A stretch of DNA of 64,000 bases from positions 15,002 through 79,001 of the forward strand of contig CAISJL010000157.1 in NCBI GenBank assembly GCA_903885665.1, read 5' to 3'. Under the pieces are notes generated by a model. The model worked only from the letters and a program-made list of their open reading frames with translations, had not been told where the DNA came from and did not search any database. Origin of the DNA: an uncultured beta proteobacterium. GTDB lineage: Bacteria > Pseudomonadota > Gammaproteobacteria > Burkholderiales > SG8-41. Both the position numbers and the translations under genes were made by a program. Positions within the stretch are counted from its first letter, which is position 1; each line of letters starts with the position of its first letter. This document shows, piece after piece, positions 9,634 through 19,996 of the stretch.

Positions 9634-10863
9634 TTATGGCGTGCTGCGTGGGGTATGAATAATCACGTGGTCGGTGATTAATGCATCAATATCGCTGGTA
9701 CTAAAACCGGCCTCCATTAATACTTCTCGAGTATGCTCGCCCATGTGTGGGGGTTGGCGCGCAAGCCCTGGTTTATGGCCATTCATCTCGAGCGGTATAC
9801 CCGGGATTTTGGCGTGCGTGCCTGTAGGTAAATGTACGTCAAGCAAACCACCTGCAGCATTGAGATGTACATCATCGAATAAGTCACCCGGTTTTGCCAG
9901 TGGTCCGAACGGAATGCTTAAGCGTTCGAGTTTTTCAACTAAACTCGCCAGCGTTTCCGCAGCAAATTTGGCAGTGACTATCGGCATGATGATGGCCCGT
10001 TGTTGGGCGCGCTGAGGGTTCGTTTTGAGTGCAGGGTTATCGAGCAGTTCAGCAACACCGAACTCCTGACAAAAACTGCGCCAATGGTTGTCGCTGGTAA
10101 TGCCGACAAATACGGTTTGGCCATCTGCAGTTTGGAATGGATCATAGACTGCCCACGAACTGGCTTTCGCTGGCATGGGTGGGGGAGCTTTGCCGGTGAG
10201 TGCGTGTTGCCCCATGTGTTGGGCCACCAAAAATGCGGTTGATTCAAACAGCGCGCTTTGCACCAACTGTCCGCGACCTGTGAGGTCACGTTCGCGCAAG
10301 GCCGCCATGATGCCGAGTGCGCCAAACATACCGCCCATGATATCGACGACAGAAGCGCCCGCCCGTAGCGGCATACCGGGCGGCCCAGTCATATAGGCTA
10401 AGCCGCCCATGTATTGCACAATTTCATCCAGGGCCGCACGTTTTTCATAGGGGCCACTCAAAAAGCCTTTTAAGCTGCAATAGACGAGACGCGGAAATTG
10501 ACTCGCCAGTTGGCTATAGCCTAAACCCAAGCGATCCATCGCCCCATACGCAAAGTTCTCAATTAAAGCATCAGCACCAGCAATCATTTTAAGCACAACC
10601 GCTTTACCGGTTGGATTTTTAAGATCAATCGAGACGCTGCGTTTGTTGCGATTAAATACGGGGAATAATGCTGAACCAAACCCCACATTAGCGCGGGTGC
10701 GATCGCCTTCTAGCGGTTCGACTTTGATCACATCTGCACCTAAGTCAGCTAAGACCATGCTACAAGATGGCCCCATCACGGTATGACCGAGTTCAAGAAT
10801 GCGAATTCCAGCTAAGGGGCCGGCGCGGTTGGGGCTTGCGGTTGCGGTGTTATTCATGGTCAT
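9634..10863 (-). CDS. CoA-transferase family III (CaiB/BaiF-type) protein
   Basis: 409-aa ORF containing GIRILELGHTVMGPSCSMVLADLGADVIKVEP, the classic family III signature. Confidence 0.9.
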   Translation of the reverse strand: MTMNNTATASPNRAGPLAGIRILELGHTVMGPSCSMVLADLGADVIKVEPLEGDRTRANVGFGSALFPVFNRNKRSVSIDLKNPTGKAVVLKMIAGADALIENFAYGAMDRLGLGYSQLASQFPRLVYCSLKGFLSGPYEKRAALDEIVQYMGGLAYMTGPPGMPLRAGASVVDIMGGMFGALGIMAALRERDLTGRGQLVQSALFESTAFLVAQHMGQHALTGKAPPPMPAKASSWAVYDPFQTADGQTVFVGITSDNHWRSFCQEFGVAELLDNPALKTNPQRAQQRAIIMPIVTAKFAAETLASLVEKLERLSIPFGPLAKPGDLFDDVHLNAAGGLLDVHLPTGTHAKIPGIPLEMNGHKPGLARQPPHMGEHTREVLMEAGFSTSDIDALITDHVIIHTPRSTP

Positions 10864-11355
10864 TTATTCCTGGTCGTGCGTTATAAAAAACGGTTAACAC
10901 AATTGTCTGTGGCCATTCTAGGGCGCGGACACTGTCCAACCGTTGCATTCTAATCCCGTCGGTGTAAAAAGTTAGGCTTGCGGCGAGATTGTGGACACGC
11001 GCTAGGCCCTATTTATTCGGGGCGTATCCCCGCATTGCGAACGATCTGGTCTCATGAGCTGAATGGATCTCTTTAATCAGTCCTTGGTTAAGGCTGCGTG
11101 TGCACAGCAGCTTGTTTCAGGTCATGGATCCGTTTCTTGATCAGCGCTGCTTTTTATCGTAAGCTGTAGGCCAAAGAAAATATAAAAAATACAAATAAAT
11201 CATATAGTTAGTAGTTTTAAATAATTGTTAAGTGTCGCCGCTTTGTGCAGTGATTGAGAGGATACGTTATCGGTGAGCGCCCTCGCCAGTGCTACAGTTG
11301 CGCATGACGACTGACCCAAATCACACATTTAAAATTTTTCAAGAAAGATCGCGCC

Positions 11356-12135
11356 ATGATTTATACCATGCAAGGTAGTGCTGCCCTAGGTCGGCGTACG
11401 GTGATTGAGTCACCAGGAACCGGTCTGCCGCATTGGGGCACGGTGTATTTTGGGCCACGCTCATCGACCAGTGTGGCCCCCGGCCCGCAGACCACCATGA
11501 CGGAAATGGCGGCCAATGAAACCATAGTGCCGCATTTTCATGGCATTACTCAATTTCAAATATTTGCCGCAGGTTCAGGCACGATTGGTAAAAATGCCGC
11601 GCCCTTGCAACCCTTGACACTGCAATATAAAGACCATCATACCGCCTACGGCCCAGTGGTGGCGGGAGCGCAGGGTTTAACTTTTTTTGCCTTGCGCATC
11701 AAAACCGGAAATTCCGCACCCGTGTATTTAGATCGACCCGGTTACCGTGATCAGTTACAACCCAGCCCGCGCCGTAACCTAATTTCTGCGCCATTGGGGT
11801 TATCTATTGAGCCAGTCTTACAACATCGAAACACGGTCACTTGGGAACCGATATTTGTACAAAATCCGGTGGCTGATTGTATGGACGCGCACATGGTGCG
11901 CATGGGCGCGGGTCAGACGACGCTATGCCCCGACCCCAGTGCCGCAGGCGGCTATTACGTGTTTGTGGCCAATGGCAGCATGGTTCACGATGGTGCAGAG
12001 TTTGGTTTATGGTCGATGATTGTGGTTGAGCGCAATGAGGCGGCGCTGCCACTGGTAGCAGGCCCCAAAGGCTTAGAAGCATTGGTAATGGTGTATCCGC
12101 GTGAGGCCGATGATTACCCATTGAATGAAGTGTGA
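11356..12135 (+). CDS. hypothetical protein, possibly cupin-like
   Basis: 259-aa ORF with protein-like composition. PHFHG.TQFQIF and a second beta-rich half suggest a (bi)cupin fold. No firm family assignment is possible by eye. Confidence 0.4.
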   Translation: MIYTMQGSAALGRRTVIESPGTGLPHWGTVYFGPRSSTSVAPGPQTTMTEMAANETIVPHFHGITQFQIFAAGSGTIGKNAAPLQPLTLQYKDHHTAYGPVVAGAQGLTFFALRIKTGNSAPVYLDRPGYRDQLQPSPRRNLISAPLGLSIEPVLQHRNTVTWEPIFVQNPVADCMDAHMVRMGAGQTTLCPDPSAAGGYYVFVANGSMVHDGAEFGLWSMIVVERNEAALPLVAGPKGLEALVMVYPREADDYPLNEV

Positions 12136-12220
12136 ATGAAGTGGGTTGCTATGTATAAGGCTAGTCTATAAATCCTTTCTTCACTGAAGTTGATTGAAAA
12201 TGACTTAAAAGAATGCAGCT

Positions 12221-13231
12221 ATGAACATAATATTGACACTAGGTTTACGTCTGTTGTTTGGCGGCAGTTACTTTTTAACTCTGCTGACCGTGCTGACGTT
12301 GTGCACCTTATTAAACCGCGTATCGGCTGAAGAGTTTCCAGCGCGTCCCGTGCGCTGGATTATTGGCTTCCCGCCAGGCGGCAGTTCCGATCTACAAGGC
12401 CGTTTATTTGCCGACAAACTGAGTAAAATTTGGGGGCAACCGGTGGTGGTAGAGAATATTTCAGGTGCCGGTAGTGGTGTAGCGGCCAGCACTGTGGCGC
12501 GCGCGAAAGCCGATGGCTATACCATTTTTTTTGTGACGCATCCGGTGCTGGCGGTCAATCCGTTTATCTATGAAAAATTAAGTTACGACCCTGAAAAAGA
12601 TTTTCTACCAGTCATTAAATTAAGTGATAGCCACAACGTATTGTTGGTCAATGCCAGCTCGCCCTATCGCCAAGTGAGCGATCTGATTCGCGCGGCTAAA
12701 GACAAACCGGGCAGTCTAAATTTTGGCTCAGGTGGCCTAGGTACAACCCAGCACTTAACGGCAGAGAGTTTTAAAGCAGCAGCAGGTATTCAACTCACCC
12801 ATATCCCCTATCGCGGCACAGGCCCTGCAGCCACCGCGCTACTGGTTAATGAAATTCAATTGCATTTTGACGGCACGTTTTCAGCTATGGCGCAAATGAG
12901 TGGTGGGCGGGTGCGTGGTTTAGCGATCTCGAGTCTACAGCGCCTACCGACTTTGCCCGATTTACCCACGCTCAACGAGAGCGGATTGCCAGGATTCGAA
13001 GCCACCCTCGCCTATGGTTTGCTGGTGCCAGTGAATACGCCAGTAGCGATTGTGAATCAGATTAATCGCGATACTTTGAAAGTGTTGCAAGATGCCGTGC
13101 TCAAAAAACAGTTACAAGACCAAGGCATTTACTTGCTAGGCAGCACTCCAGAGCAATTTAAAGTGTTCTTAACCAATGAACGTAAAAAATGGGGCGAGCT
13201 ACTCAAGCGCTTGAATATTCGAGCCAGTTAA
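12221..13231 (+). CDS. Bug/TctC family periplasmic solute-binding protein
   Basis: 336-aa ORF with a signal peptide, FPARPVRWIIGFPPGGSSDL and HIPYRGTGP. Confidence 0.9.
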   Translation: MNIILTLGLRLLFGGSYFLTLLTVLTLCTLLNRVSAEEFPARPVRWIIGFPPGGSSDLQGRLFADKLSKIWGQPVVVENISGAGSGVAASTVARAKADGYTIFFVTHPVLAVNPFIYEKLSYDPEKDFLPVIKLSDSHNVLLVNASSPYRQVSDLIRAAKDKPGSLNFGSGGLGTTQHLTAESFKAAAGIQLTHIPYRGTGPAATALLVNEIQLHFDGTFSAMAQMSGGRVRGLAISSLQRLPTLPDLPTLNESGLPGFEATLAYGLLVPVNTPVAIVNQINRDTLKVLQDAVLKKQLQDQGIYLLGSTPEQFKVFLTNERKKWGELLKRLNIRAS

Positions 13232-13460
13232 TTGATCAGTGCAGGCAAAATCAGCGCATGGATGTCGAATCCGCTCTACCCAACACAGCGTATTTTATTT
13301 TTGTAGCAGTCATAAAACTGCTCAGCACAGTGACTGCTGTAGTCACTCCATCCCTTGCGATCGCTAATCGAGTGGGTTTATGCAATATTTATAATGTATC
13401 CTAATGTGGTTTTAAATTAGATCGCTACCGATCTCTACGAAATGCGCATTGCCTCTTGCC

Positions 13461-14450
13461 CTAGTTCGCTGTCACCTTTGCCGCTTTAATCACTTTAGTC
13501 CACTTCGGGATTTCTGCGCGCACCATACGGGCGAACTCTTGCGGGCTACTGCCCACGGGCTCTGCCCCATCGACGAGAATTTTGGCGCGCACATCGGGAG
13601 AAGTCACTGCCGTGGCTAAGTCTTGATGCAGTTTTGCCAATAAGGCGGGTGCAACCCCGGTTGGCGCCATGACACCGGTCCAAGACGACGCATCGTAGCC
13701 TGCGACTCCAGACTCAGCAATGGTGGGGACTTCGGGCAGTGCGATAGAGCGCTTTGCCGTGCTGACCGCAATGGCGCGCAACCGACCCGACTTCACATGG
13801 GGCAGTGAAGGCAGAATAGTGCTAAACATCAGTTGCACTTGGCCTGCGACTAAATCAACAATTGCCGGAGCGGCACCGCGATAAGGCACATGCACCATTT
13901 CGATTTTAGTCATCAATGAAAATAGCTCGGAGGCCAAATGACCCCCACTACCATTACCCGGGGAACAAAAATTTAACTTACCAGGGCGAGTGCGGGCATA
14001 AGCGATAAATTCGCGCACATTGGTTGCGGGTAGCCCTGGATGCACGGCAAACACATAGGGCTGAATCGCCATCTGGCTGATTTGCACCAAGTCTTTGAGC
14101 GGATCATAGGGCAGCTTGGCATGGAGTCCGGGGTTAACACCGTAGCTACTGGAGGACATCAACAAGGTATAACCATCGGGTACTGATTTCGCCACTAAGT
14201 CAGTGCCAATAATCGTGCCTGCACCCGGCCGGTTGTCGATGACCACCTGCTGTCCCCACATCTCGATCAGCTTGGGGCTCACCAAGCGCGCTACGGTATC
14301 TACACCGCCGCCTGGTGGAAACCCCACCACAATGCGCACGGGGCGCGTGGGATAAGTAGGGGCTGCTGCGCTGACGTTGGTGCACAGTAGCGCTAATACA
14401 CTCAGGCCTAGAAGCTTGTGGCTGCTGCCGAACGATTTTATAATGTTCAT
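13461..14450 (-). CDS. Bug/TctC family periplasmic solute-binding protein
   Basis: Contains YPTRPVRIVVGFPPGGGVDT and HVPYRGAAP. The start is set at ATG 14450 (MNIIKSF). The ORF-track start at 14468 is a TTG lying inside a recurrent intergenic motif. Confidence 0.88.
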   Translation of the reverse strand: MNIIKSFGSSHKLLGLSVLALLCTNVSAAAPTYPTRPVRIVVGFPPGGGVDTVARLVSPKLIEMWGQQVVIDNRPGAGTIIGTDLVAKSVPDGYTLLMSSSSYGVNPGLHAKLPYDPLKDLVQISQMAIQPYVFAVHPGLPATNVREFIAYARTRPGKLNFCSPGNGSGGHLASELFSLMTKIEMVHVPYRGAAPAIVDLVAGQVQLMFSTILPSLPHVKSGRLRAIAVSTAKRSIALPEVPTIAESGVAGYDASSWTGVMAPTGVAPALLAKLHQDLATAVTSPDVRAKILVDGAEPVGSSPQEFARMVRAEIPKWTKVIKAAKVTAN

Positions 14451-14516
14451 AATATGTAAAATAATCAAATAGTTAGTAATAGTTTAGTAATAGTTAGTGT
14501 TTGAATGGGCATCTGT

Positions 14517-15518
14517 TTACTGAGCTTGCAGATTAGCATTACGTACCACTTTACCCCAACGATCGATTTCATGTTTGATATAGGCGCCAAAGGCTTCGGG
14601 ACTGTTGGGCGCGACTTCAGCGCCGGTTGAATTAAATTGGCGAACAACCTCGGGTTTTTGTAGCACCTGCACCAAGCTTGCATGTAAGTATTGAATAATC
14701 GGGCGTGGCGTTTTGGCGGGCACCAGCACACCATTCCAGGCGGTGATGATAATGGCGGGATAACCCACCTCGCCCATGGTGGGCACTTGTGGCAAGGCAT
14801 CAACCCGATGGCTGGTGGTGACCGCCAGCGCGCGTAGTCTGCCAGCTTGAATTTGGGGCAGCAATGCCAACACCGTGCCAAAGGAGACTTGCACTTGGCC
14901 GCCAATTAAGTCGGTAAGCGACTGACCAGTGCTTTTGTAGGGGATATGCACAATGTCTACACCGGTGACTAATTTAAACAACTCACCTGCTAAATGCGGC
15001 GAGCCACCAGTGCCAGAGGAGGCAAAGTTAACCTTACCCGGGCGAGCTTTGGCGTACGCAACAAACTCTTTAACATTAGCCGTGGGTAACGCAGGATGCA
15101 CCACCATCACGTTAGGCGCGAGCGAGACCAAACTAATGGGCGCGAAATCACGCACCGCATTATAGTTGAGGTTGCGATAAAGCGTAGGGTTCACGCCAAA
15201 AGTGCTAGAGCTTCCCATCACCCAAGTGTAGCCATCGGCTGGTGCATGCGCTGCTAGATCAGCACCGATATTGCCACCTGCCCCGGCGCGATTATCAATC
15301 ACCACTTGCTGACCGAGGATAGCGGATAAGTCGGGTGCAATATTACGCGCAGCGATATCCACGCTGCCACCCGGGGCTAGCGGCACAATAAAGCGAATCG
15401 GACGCGTTGGATAATGTGGCGGCTTGCTATCTGCGGCGAGACTGATGGCAGGCGTGAGCCCGCAAGCGCTGAGAAACGTGGCACAGCGTATGAAAGTGTT
15501 GAATACAGTGGAAGGCAT
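14517..15518 (-). CDS. Bug/TctC family periplasmic solute-binding protein
   Basis: 333-aa ORF containing YPTRPIRFIVPLAPGGSVDI and HIPYKSTGQ. It sits in tandem with the previous Bug gene. Confidence 0.9.
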   Translation of the reverse strand: MPSTVFNTFIRCATFLSACGLTPAISLAADSKPPHYPTRPIRFIVPLAPGGSVDIAARNIAPDLSAILGQQVVIDNRAGAGGNIGADLAAHAPADGYTWVMGSSSTFGVNPTLYRNLNYNAVRDFAPISLVSLAPNVMVVHPALPTANVKEFVAYAKARPGKVNFASSGTGGSPHLAGELFKLVTGVDIVHIPYKSTGQSLTDLIGGQVQVSFGTVLALLPQIQAGRLRALAVTTSHRVDALPQVPTMGEVGYPAIIITAWNGVLVPAKTPRPIIQYLHASLVQVLQKPEVVRQFNSTGAEVAPNSPEAFGAYIKHEIDRWGKVVRNANLQAQ

Positions 15519-15802
15519 GGTGTTGGGTGAGGATATGGTTAGAGATGATTAATATGAAAACTCAAGAATTGTGTAGATTGTACGCTCATCTGTTCTGTAA
15601 TGACAGATGCTAGGATAGATTGCCAAATACGCCTAACATATTGTGGGCGATTGAGCGCTGAAGTCACAGTGATCTTATATGATGGCGGTTTGAGGGTGGC
15701 TTGCTGTGCAGGCAGGCTAAATCAGATTAATGATGAATAGTCGATGATCGATGGTTGATGACCGTTAATCAATAATCAATTTATAGATTTTGGAGAATAT
15801 CA

Positions 15803-17200
15803 ATGAGTCAAGTTGCACTCACCGCTGCGATTGCAAAGATGTTGGTAGAGACTGCGCCCGATGCGTATCCGGCGTTGGCGATTGAAAAGTCTACCAAAGT
15901 CATTATGGATACGTTTGCCGCAATTTTGTCGGGCGCGGGTAGCGAAGTAGCGCATCCGCTGGATCAATACATGGCATTGTCTGGCGAGAGTGGTACTAGC
16001 CCAATTATGGGCACTGCGCGGCAGACCAGTGCGGAGATGGCAGCATTGGTGAACGGCACTTATGGCCATGCGCTTGATTTTGACGATGTATTGTCGATGA
16101 TGCCAGCGCATCCGAGTGCGGTGATTGTGGCGGTGTTGTGTGCGGACTTACAACACTATCCGTTATCGGGCCGTGCGTTTATTGATGCGCATATTATGGG
16201 TGTGGAAGTCGGTGCAAAAATTGGTTTAGGGATGACCACCGAGCATTATCATCGCGGCTTCCATGGCACCGGCACCTTGGGTATTTTTTGCGGGGTTGCA
16301 GCCTTGGCCAGAGCCTATCGACTAGCGCCCGCGATCAGTGAGATGGCGTTTGGTATTGCGGGCTCTATGGCCAGTGGTATACGGCGTAACTTTGGCACCA
16401 TGACTAAACCGCTACATACAGGTTGGGCTGCGCGCAGTGCGCTCACCGCAGTGCGCTTAGCCATGAGTGGCTTTACAGCAGCGCCTGATATTTTTGAGGC
16501 AAAGTCAGGGTTCTTTAGCACTTACGGTGTAGCGCAATCTGACCCAGTGGTGGCTTTGCAAGGCTTGGGTCAACCGTGGGTGATGACGGATCCAGGAATT
16601 GCGCTGAAAAAATTCCCGTGTTGTTATGCGTCGCATCGTGGTATGGATGCAGTCTTGGTGTTGCGTGAGCGTATGGGTGTGACTGCCGATGCGGTAGCGC
16701 GACTGGAGTGCCGGATGCCTGAGGGTGGTATGCAAGTATTGACTTATCCCACGCCGACCACTGGTTTGGAGGGCAAATTCAGTTTGCAATATGCACTCGC
16801 TGCTGGATTGTTAGACGGCGCGTATTCTTTGTGGTCATTTAGTGATGAGGCTGTGAATCGACCCGCGATTCGTGATCTATTGCAACGTGTGAAAGCCTAT
16901 GAAGATCCGTCTTGTCGCGGTGATGATCCTCTGTTTGAGACGCGTAGTTCGGGCAGTCGTGGTTTTGTTGAAGTTGATTTTGTGTTACACAATGGTCAGA
17001 CCGAGACCGTGCGTGTTGCCAAGGCGCCAGGTCATCCATCTCGTGAATTAAGCTGGGATGAGTTGGCACATAAGTTCCGTGATTGTGCAGCACATGCCGG
17101 ATTGAGTGCCGCACAAACCGATCGCGCGGTCAGTGCTTTGCAGCAATTACAGTCACAAGATCAAATGGATACGATCATGCACAGTTTGCGTCAACAATAA
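15803..17200 (+). CDS. MmgE/PrpD family protein (2-methylcitrate-dehydratase-like)
   Basis: 465-aa ORF with family-typical blocks: DTFA..LSGA, GHALDFDD, HPS, FHGTGT.G and KKFPCCY..H. Confidence 0.9.
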   Translation: MSQVALTAAIAKMLVETAPDAYPALAIEKSTKVIMDTFAAILSGAGSEVAHPLDQYMALSGESGTSPIMGTARQTSAEMAALVNGTYGHALDFDDVLSMMPAHPSAVIVAVLCADLQHYPLSGRAFIDAHIMGVEVGAKIGLGMTTEHYHRGFHGTGTLGIFCGVAALARAYRLAPAISEMAFGIAGSMASGIRRNFGTMTKPLHTGWAARSALTAVRLAMSGFTAAPDIFEAKSGFFSTYGVAQSDPVVALQGLGQPWVMTDPGIALKKFPCCYASHRGMDAVLVLRERMGVTADAVARLECRMPEGGMQVLTYPTPTTGLEGKFSLQYALAAGLLDGAYSLWSFSDEAVNRPAIRDLLQRVKAYEDPSCRGDDPLFETRSSGSRGFVEVDFVLHNGQTETVRVAKAPGHPSRELSWDELAHKFRDCAAHAGLSAAQTDRAVSALQQLQSQDQMDTIMHSLRQQ

Positions 17201-17262
17201 GACTAAGCCAATAAGACCAAGATCCGAAGATCCAGCCACGACTCAATACGAAGGAGCAGACC

Positions 17263-18354
17263 ATGCAGATGCACAGTTCAGAAATGCATAATTCAATGGT
17301 AGAGGTTGACGGTACTGTTGGTGTTAAACGTCGACTGGGTCGCAGTCTCACTCATCGCAACGCCACGCAAGGTGCGCGTCGCGTGTTCAGTGGCCTAGCA
17401 CTAGCTGCGACGGTGTTCGCTTGCACCGCACTGAGCAATGCCCAAAGCCCAGCCTTTCCGGTGCGACCCGTGCGCTTGGTGATTCCGTTTGCACCGGGTG
17501 GTGGTACGGATATTGTCGGTCGTTTGCTGGCGCAAAAACTCAGTGAGCAATGGGGCCAAGGGGTCAGGGTTGAAAACCCGGCTGGTGCTAATGGTACGAT
17601 TGGCGCCACGATGATTGCGAAGTCCCCAGCGGATGGTCATCACTTGTGTTTATTCACCACCAGTCATACGGTGAATGTGACTTTGCAGGGTATTAAGCAG
17701 CCCTATGATTTATTGAAAGACTTCACGCCGATTATTCATGTGGCGGTACAACCCTATGTGTTAGTGGTGCGCCCCGATTTAGAAGCCCGTAGTGTGAAAG
17801 AGTTGATCGGACTCATTCAAGCAAAGCCTGGTGCAATCACCTTTGGTTCTTCGGGTGTCGGTGGTCTGGTACATTTATCGGGTGAATTATTGGTATCGTT
17901 GGCAAATTTAAAAATGCAGCATATTCCCTATAAAGGCGGCGCTTTGGCAATGATGGATGTGATCGCCGGTCGGGTTGATTTGATGTTCACCAGTTTGAAT
18001 CAATCTAAAACCTTTATTGATGCCGGTAAGTTGCGTCTATTGGCGGTGACCAGCGCTAGCCGTTCGTCAGCCATCCCGCAGACTCCCACCATGCAAGAGG
18101 CTGGAGTGCCTGGTTATTTAGTCGAGTCGTGGTATGGCGTAGCCGGCCCTGCGGGACTGCCAGCTCCAGTTGTAGAGAAAATTAATCGTGATTTAAATCA
18201 GATTTTGCGCACCTCAGAGATGCGTGAGCGATTGGCAAGCGATGGGGCCACACCAGCCGGCGGCACGCCGCAACAATTTGCAGATTATCTCCGCCACGAG
18301 GTTGAGAAATGGCGGCGCACAATTCAATCGGCGGATATTCCGATCGGAATATAA
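17263..18354 (+). CDS. Bug/TctC family periplasmic solute-binding protein with a long leader
   Basis: 363-aa ORF with GAAGGAG 6 nt upstream of the ATG. It contains FPVRPVRLVIPFAPGGGTDI and HIPYKGGA. The leader of about 60 aa contains ARRVFSGLALAA (Tat-like RR). Confidence 0.88.
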   Translation: MQMHSSEMHNSMVEVDGTVGVKRRLGRSLTHRNATQGARRVFSGLALAATVFACTALSNAQSPAFPVRPVRLVIPFAPGGGTDIVGRLLAQKLSEQWGQGVRVENPAGANGTIGATMIAKSPADGHHLCLFTTSHTVNVTLQGIKQPYDLLKDFTPIIHVAVQPYVLVVRPDLEARSVKELIGLIQAKPGAITFGSSGVGGLVHLSGELLVSLANLKMQHIPYKGGALAMMDVIAGRVDLMFTSLNQSKTFIDAGKLRLLAVTSASRSSAIPQTPTMQEAGVPGYLVESWYGVAGPAGLPAPVVEKINRDLNQILRTSEMRERLASDGATPAGGTPQQFADYLRHEVEKWRRTIQSADIPIGI

Positions 18355-18415
18355 GTGTGGATCTTAGAGCTCGTGTTAGCGGTAGAGTTAATTTTAATGT
18401 AAGTGACTGTGTTGG

Positions 18416-19189
18416 ATGTTGATGCGACATCGCTGGCGTCGGGGCCTGATTGTGTTTGAATTGGCGTTTAAATTAGCGTTTAAATGTTTGGCGCTCGTGT
18501 GCTTGGCGGCCTTAGGCCCGAACCTATGTGCAGCGCCGCAGCCCATGGTCAGTGCGATGCACGCCAATCAAGCGGGCTATGTGCACTTTTGGGAAATGAC
18601 CCTCGCTAACGGCGAGCTTGAAACCCAAGTCGGTATGGCGTTGCAAGATCAACGGATTGTGTGGTCATTACCGGGTTTGGGCGTGCGTGTGACACCGTTT
18701 ATGGCCAACGGCGTACTCGCCTTAGAGGGGCAGCGCTTTCAATTGCGTTATCGTTATGGCCTTGCCCCTTTGTTGAGTCCGCAAGCCTTACAAGTGTTTC
18801 GCCAAAGTTTGCTGCGTCGGGTTGCGGTAATTGTCGGTCGGCGCATCCCCTATTGCCCGCTCAATGGCGAGCGGCCAGGGGTCTGTATGAGCTGTATGGC
18901 CTTGGTGTCGCAGTTATTGTTTCCGGGTCAGCGCTTGGATTACCCACAGTTTCCGCCACAGTTCCCGCGTGTTGCTGGTGAGTCTTACTACACCACCGAG
19001 GATTTATTGCTGTATTTAAGTGGCTTTGATCGCTTGCCTAGCACTGCCCGCGATGCGCAATTAGCGCAACTTCAAGCCTCACCCGCGTTGCGCGAAGATT
19101 TGTTGCGATTGACAGAGCGCTATGCGGAGGTATTGCCGCTAGCCGCACCGCCCACTGCGGTTCCAACGCAGGCCCGACCGCGCCGCTAG
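18416..19189 (+). CDS. hypothetical exported protein
   Basis: 257-aa ORF with a hydrophobic N-terminal segment ([17 protein letters not shown]). No family was recognised. Confidence 0.45.
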   Translation: MLMRHRWRRGLIVFELAFKLAFKCLALVCLAALGPNLCAAPQPMVSAMHANQAGYVHFWEMTLANGELETQVGMALQDQRIVWSLPGLGVRVTPFMANGVLALEGQRFQLRYRYGLAPLLSPQALQVFRQSLLRRVAVIVGRRIPYCPLNGERPGVCMSCMALVSQLLFPGQRLDYPQFPPQFPRVAGESYYTTEDLLLYLSGFDRLPSTARDAQLAQLQASPALREDLLRLTERYAEVLPLAAPPTAVPTQARPRR

Positions 19190-19917
19190 AACTGCTCGTC
19201 GGGGTGTAGATAGCGCCATTGGCCTATGGGTAAATCGCTCAGCATGACTTTGCCAATACGCACGCGTTTGAGTCCTACTGCCAACAAGCCGACTAATTCG
19301 CACATACGACGGATTTGGCGCTTTTTGCCTTGGCGCAGTACAAACCGCAGTTGGTCACGGTTTAGCCACGATACTTCAGCCGGCCGTAGCGGCTCATCGT
19401 CAAGACTTAAACCATGATTGAGTAAAGCCAAGCCCTGCTTGCTGAGTTTGCCGGTGACACGAACTAGGTATTCTTTTTCTACCGTGGAGTGTTCACCGAT
19501 CAAGTGCTTGGCGATGCGACCATCTTGAGTCAGCACTAATAGGCCGGTGGAATCAATGTCCAAGCGCCCTGCTGGCGCTAAGCCGCGCAGTTGGCGCGGG
19601 TCAAAGCGCAGCTGCGAGCGGTCCTCGCTGTAGTGATTTTCAGCGTTGATTAAATCAATTGCCGGCTTGTAATCTTTCTCGGGTTGCGCCGAGACATAGC
19701 CAATAGGCTTATTCAGCAGGATGGTCAGGCGTGCGTCTTGTTGCTGATGAGCGGCACGAGTCAGGGTAATAGTTTGGTGCGGGAGGATGCGGGTGCCCAG
19801 CTCGGTAATGGCGATGCCATCGACCAATACCCAACCGCGTTCGATGTACGTATCTGCCTCGCGGCGCGAGCACAAACCCTGTGCCGACATTAATTTAGAG
19901 AGTCGAATTTTTTCCAT
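19186..19917 (-). CDS. RsuA/RluB/RluF-family pseudouridine synthase
   Basis: 243-aa ORF with an S4-like N-terminus ([25 protein letters not shown]) and the catalytic block [16 protein letters not shown]. Confidence 0.85.
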   Translation of the reverse strand: MEKIRLSKLMSAQGLCSRREADTYIERGWVLVDGIAITELGTRILPHQTITLTRAAHQQQDARLTILLNKPIGYVSAQPEKDYKPAIDLINAENHYSEDRSQLRFDPRQLRGLAPAGRLDIDSTGLLVLTQDGRIAKHLIGEHSTVEKEYLVRVTGKLSKQGLALLNHGLSLDDEPLRPAEVSWLNRDQLRFVLRQGKKRQIRRMCELVGLLAVGLKRVRIGKVMLSDLPIGQWRYLHPDEQF

Positions 19918-19996
19918 GAGCTGATCGGAGTTATCAAGTAGATTTTTAATAACTATTTGATTATTATATACTTTTTAAAATAGTTAGCGCCTACAC

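Noticed and set aside
13255-13295. A tRNA-like TCGAATCC string that might mark a tRNA 3' fragment or att site.
   Set aside because: The flanking bases cannot form a T-stem (ATGGA versus CCGCT). There is no acceptor/CCA geometry and no cloverleaf.
14465-14905. Long antisense or alternate-frame ORFs inside confident genes (for example 14465-14905, 5010-5384, 45715-46170, 43103-43489, 9674-10015).
   Set aside because: These are shadow ORFs typical of GC-biased third-position usage. Their composition is Arg/Cys/Trp-rich, they have no RBS, and the opposite-strand genes have unambiguous family signatures.
19186-19189. Convergent genes share a CTAG in which both stop codons overlap.
   Set aside because: This is a real but trivial consequence of tight packing, with no evidence of functional coupling.
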